Positions 62,388 to 64,000 of a DNA stretch of 64,000 nucleotides are shown piece after piece. The notes below the pieces were generated by a model. That model worked only from the letters and a program-made list of their open reading frames with translations, was not told where the DNA came from and searched no databases. Both the position numbers and the translations under genes were made by a program. Numbering within the stretch: position 1 is the first letter of the stretch; each line of letters begins with the position of its first letter. Source of the DNA: Rhizodiscina lignyota (lineage: Eukaryota); contig ML978123.1 of assembly GCA_010015805.1 (NCBI GenBank), positions 2,604,001 to 2,668,000 on the forward strand, written 5' to 3'.

Positions 62388-64000
62388 TTAACTCCGGTTG
62401 ACAGCATGCTTACTCATTTGCCGTATCCTATGTCCATAGAAGTAAAACACATACGGTACGGGTACCAAAAGCGCACTGATGGCCCCCAAAATCGTCAGAG
62501 TCCAATGCACTCCCATATTCTCGTAGAACGGAATGCCCACGACCGTCATCCCGCCAGCAGCCCAGTACCGGATCAACGTCACGCTCGCGAGTGCAGAAGC
62601 GCTGTACACCTCATACACATCGATGATGTACATGTACGAGCTGATGAATATGCACAAGACGCCATATCCGAAAAGCACAGAGGCCAGGAGCGGTGACCAG
62701 ATAGAAATTGACGGGTAGCTCGTCCATCCCATCCAAAACAGTGACACCGGTATCGCGACTGCGCCGCCTAGCATCGCGAACCAAAGGCGGAATTCTGGTG
62801 GCAGTTTGCTGCCACCTTCTTCTTCGATCTTGCGCAAGTCGCGCTTCGCCCATCTGTAAATGATTGGGACTGGTCCCATGGAGGCGACGAGTCCCACGCC
62901 GATGCCGAGGAACAGGAGACCGGTGATACCGACCGAAGTGCCGTGGACGTCAGCAAAGATGTATTCGTAGCCGTCGAAGAATGTAAAGAGGACGATATAT
63001 ATGACCGTCAGATATAGCGCTACGAGCATTATAATCGGTTCGGTCGCGGTAAGGACAATTGGGCGATAGAGCGCTGTCCGGAGACGTGTGAGGAAAGTTT
63101 CGTCGCGGATCTCAACGGCTGCACGATATCTGTCATCCCCAGTGACTCGGCGCAGGTGGGCAGCGCGCCATTTGAGTAAGATCGGAGCATATGTTTCGGG
63201 TTGGAAGAGGAAGAGGAGGGCAAGAATAAGGCCAGCCATGAGGAGCGTGCTCCACTCAGTCCAACGCCAACTGACTACGTTGCTTTGCACAATGAAACCG
63301 CCCATGACCTTTTTGGGACGTCAGCTATGTTTACATCATCAAGAGGGAATGATTAGCTTACCGGTCCAACAACGGTCCCCTCAAATGCCATAGACGCAAA
63401 GAAGGGGAAAGCAATAATGCGTTGCATAGGCTTCCATAAGTCTGCAATACTGCCGCCTGCGCACACTAATGGAGTGCTGCCAAAAATGCCGGCGATGAAG
63501 CGGAAGGCGAGCTGAGCTCCAATGTTTGGTGCGAGTCCTGAAGCCATGATGAAGATAGAGAAGAGGAGCATTGTGACGATGTAAACTGGGTTGCGCCCGA
63601 CGGTCTCAGAAAATGGTCCTGCGAATAGTGCTCCAGCTCCGAAGCCAATGAGATAGATACCTGGTATCGTAAGTCAGTAAGGAGTGTTCGAATATATATT
63701 ACGGGGGCCCAAGCGGGCCACATACCTGTCGCCAGACTCTCCGTCACTTGGCTAACACCAAACTCAGCGGCAGCCTCGTGGACGGCGGTACTATCAATAC
63801 TGGCTGCAACGCTAACGACAAAGGCGACAGCTGCAACCATTATTGTTGCGAAGATTCTGATACCATAGCCCCAATTGTGTGGGTTCATAGGGTCGTCCGG
63901 TCCTTGATACCCTACAACGAACACCTGTTGGCTGACGCCAGGTAGCCCTTTACCCTCATGCGTCGTCCTCGAGCGTATGTCGATGCCAGTTAAAGAGTGT
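62388..64000 (-). CDS. MFS drug:H+ antiporter (DHA1-like); 5' end beyond the window
   Basis: Motifs GPDDPMNPHNW, SETVGRNP, WRWTEW, QPETYAP, PPEFRL and YIIDVYEVYSASALA, with a multi-TM pattern. Confidence 0.92.

Noticed and set aside
1..64000. tRNA, rRNA or intact transposase/retroelement genes
   Set aside because: None recognised by eye. Small ncRNAs cannot be excluded without covariance-model searches.

Overview
Gene-dense, intron-containing DNA from a filamentous ascomycete (Pezizomycotina; a Dothideomycete is my inference). About 22 genes can be supported. The left end has a small putative peroxisomal acyl-CoA catabolic cluster: Zn2Cys6 TF, acyl-CoA oxidase ending AKL, acyl-CoA ligase ending AKL and an alpha/beta hydrolase. 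The middle holds housekeeping genes (FEN1, glutaryl-CoA dehydrogenase, phosphoglucomutase/phosphopentomutase, PI-PLC, Whi5/Nrm1-like, BMS1, sugar porter, CTF18, BTB protein, peroxisomal thiolase, naphthol-reductase-like SDR, gamma-tubulin complex component), two tandem F-box-like paralogues and an AT-rich relic region. The main finding is at the right end, a candidate fungal RiPP (dikaritin/KEP-type) cluster. I reconstructed by hand a 12-exon gene (56512-58192, minus) that the ORF track shows only in part. It encodes a 353-aa secreted, Kex2-processed precursor with two repeat types: 9x HHTEAQIAAKEAA and 4x PDEFGPWDSEVDEFGSW, neither containing Tyr. It is divergently paired with a UstYa/DUF3328 oxidase and followed by a second UstYa/DUF3328 oxidase and an MFS transporter. 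All calls come from reading the sequence; no database searches were run.
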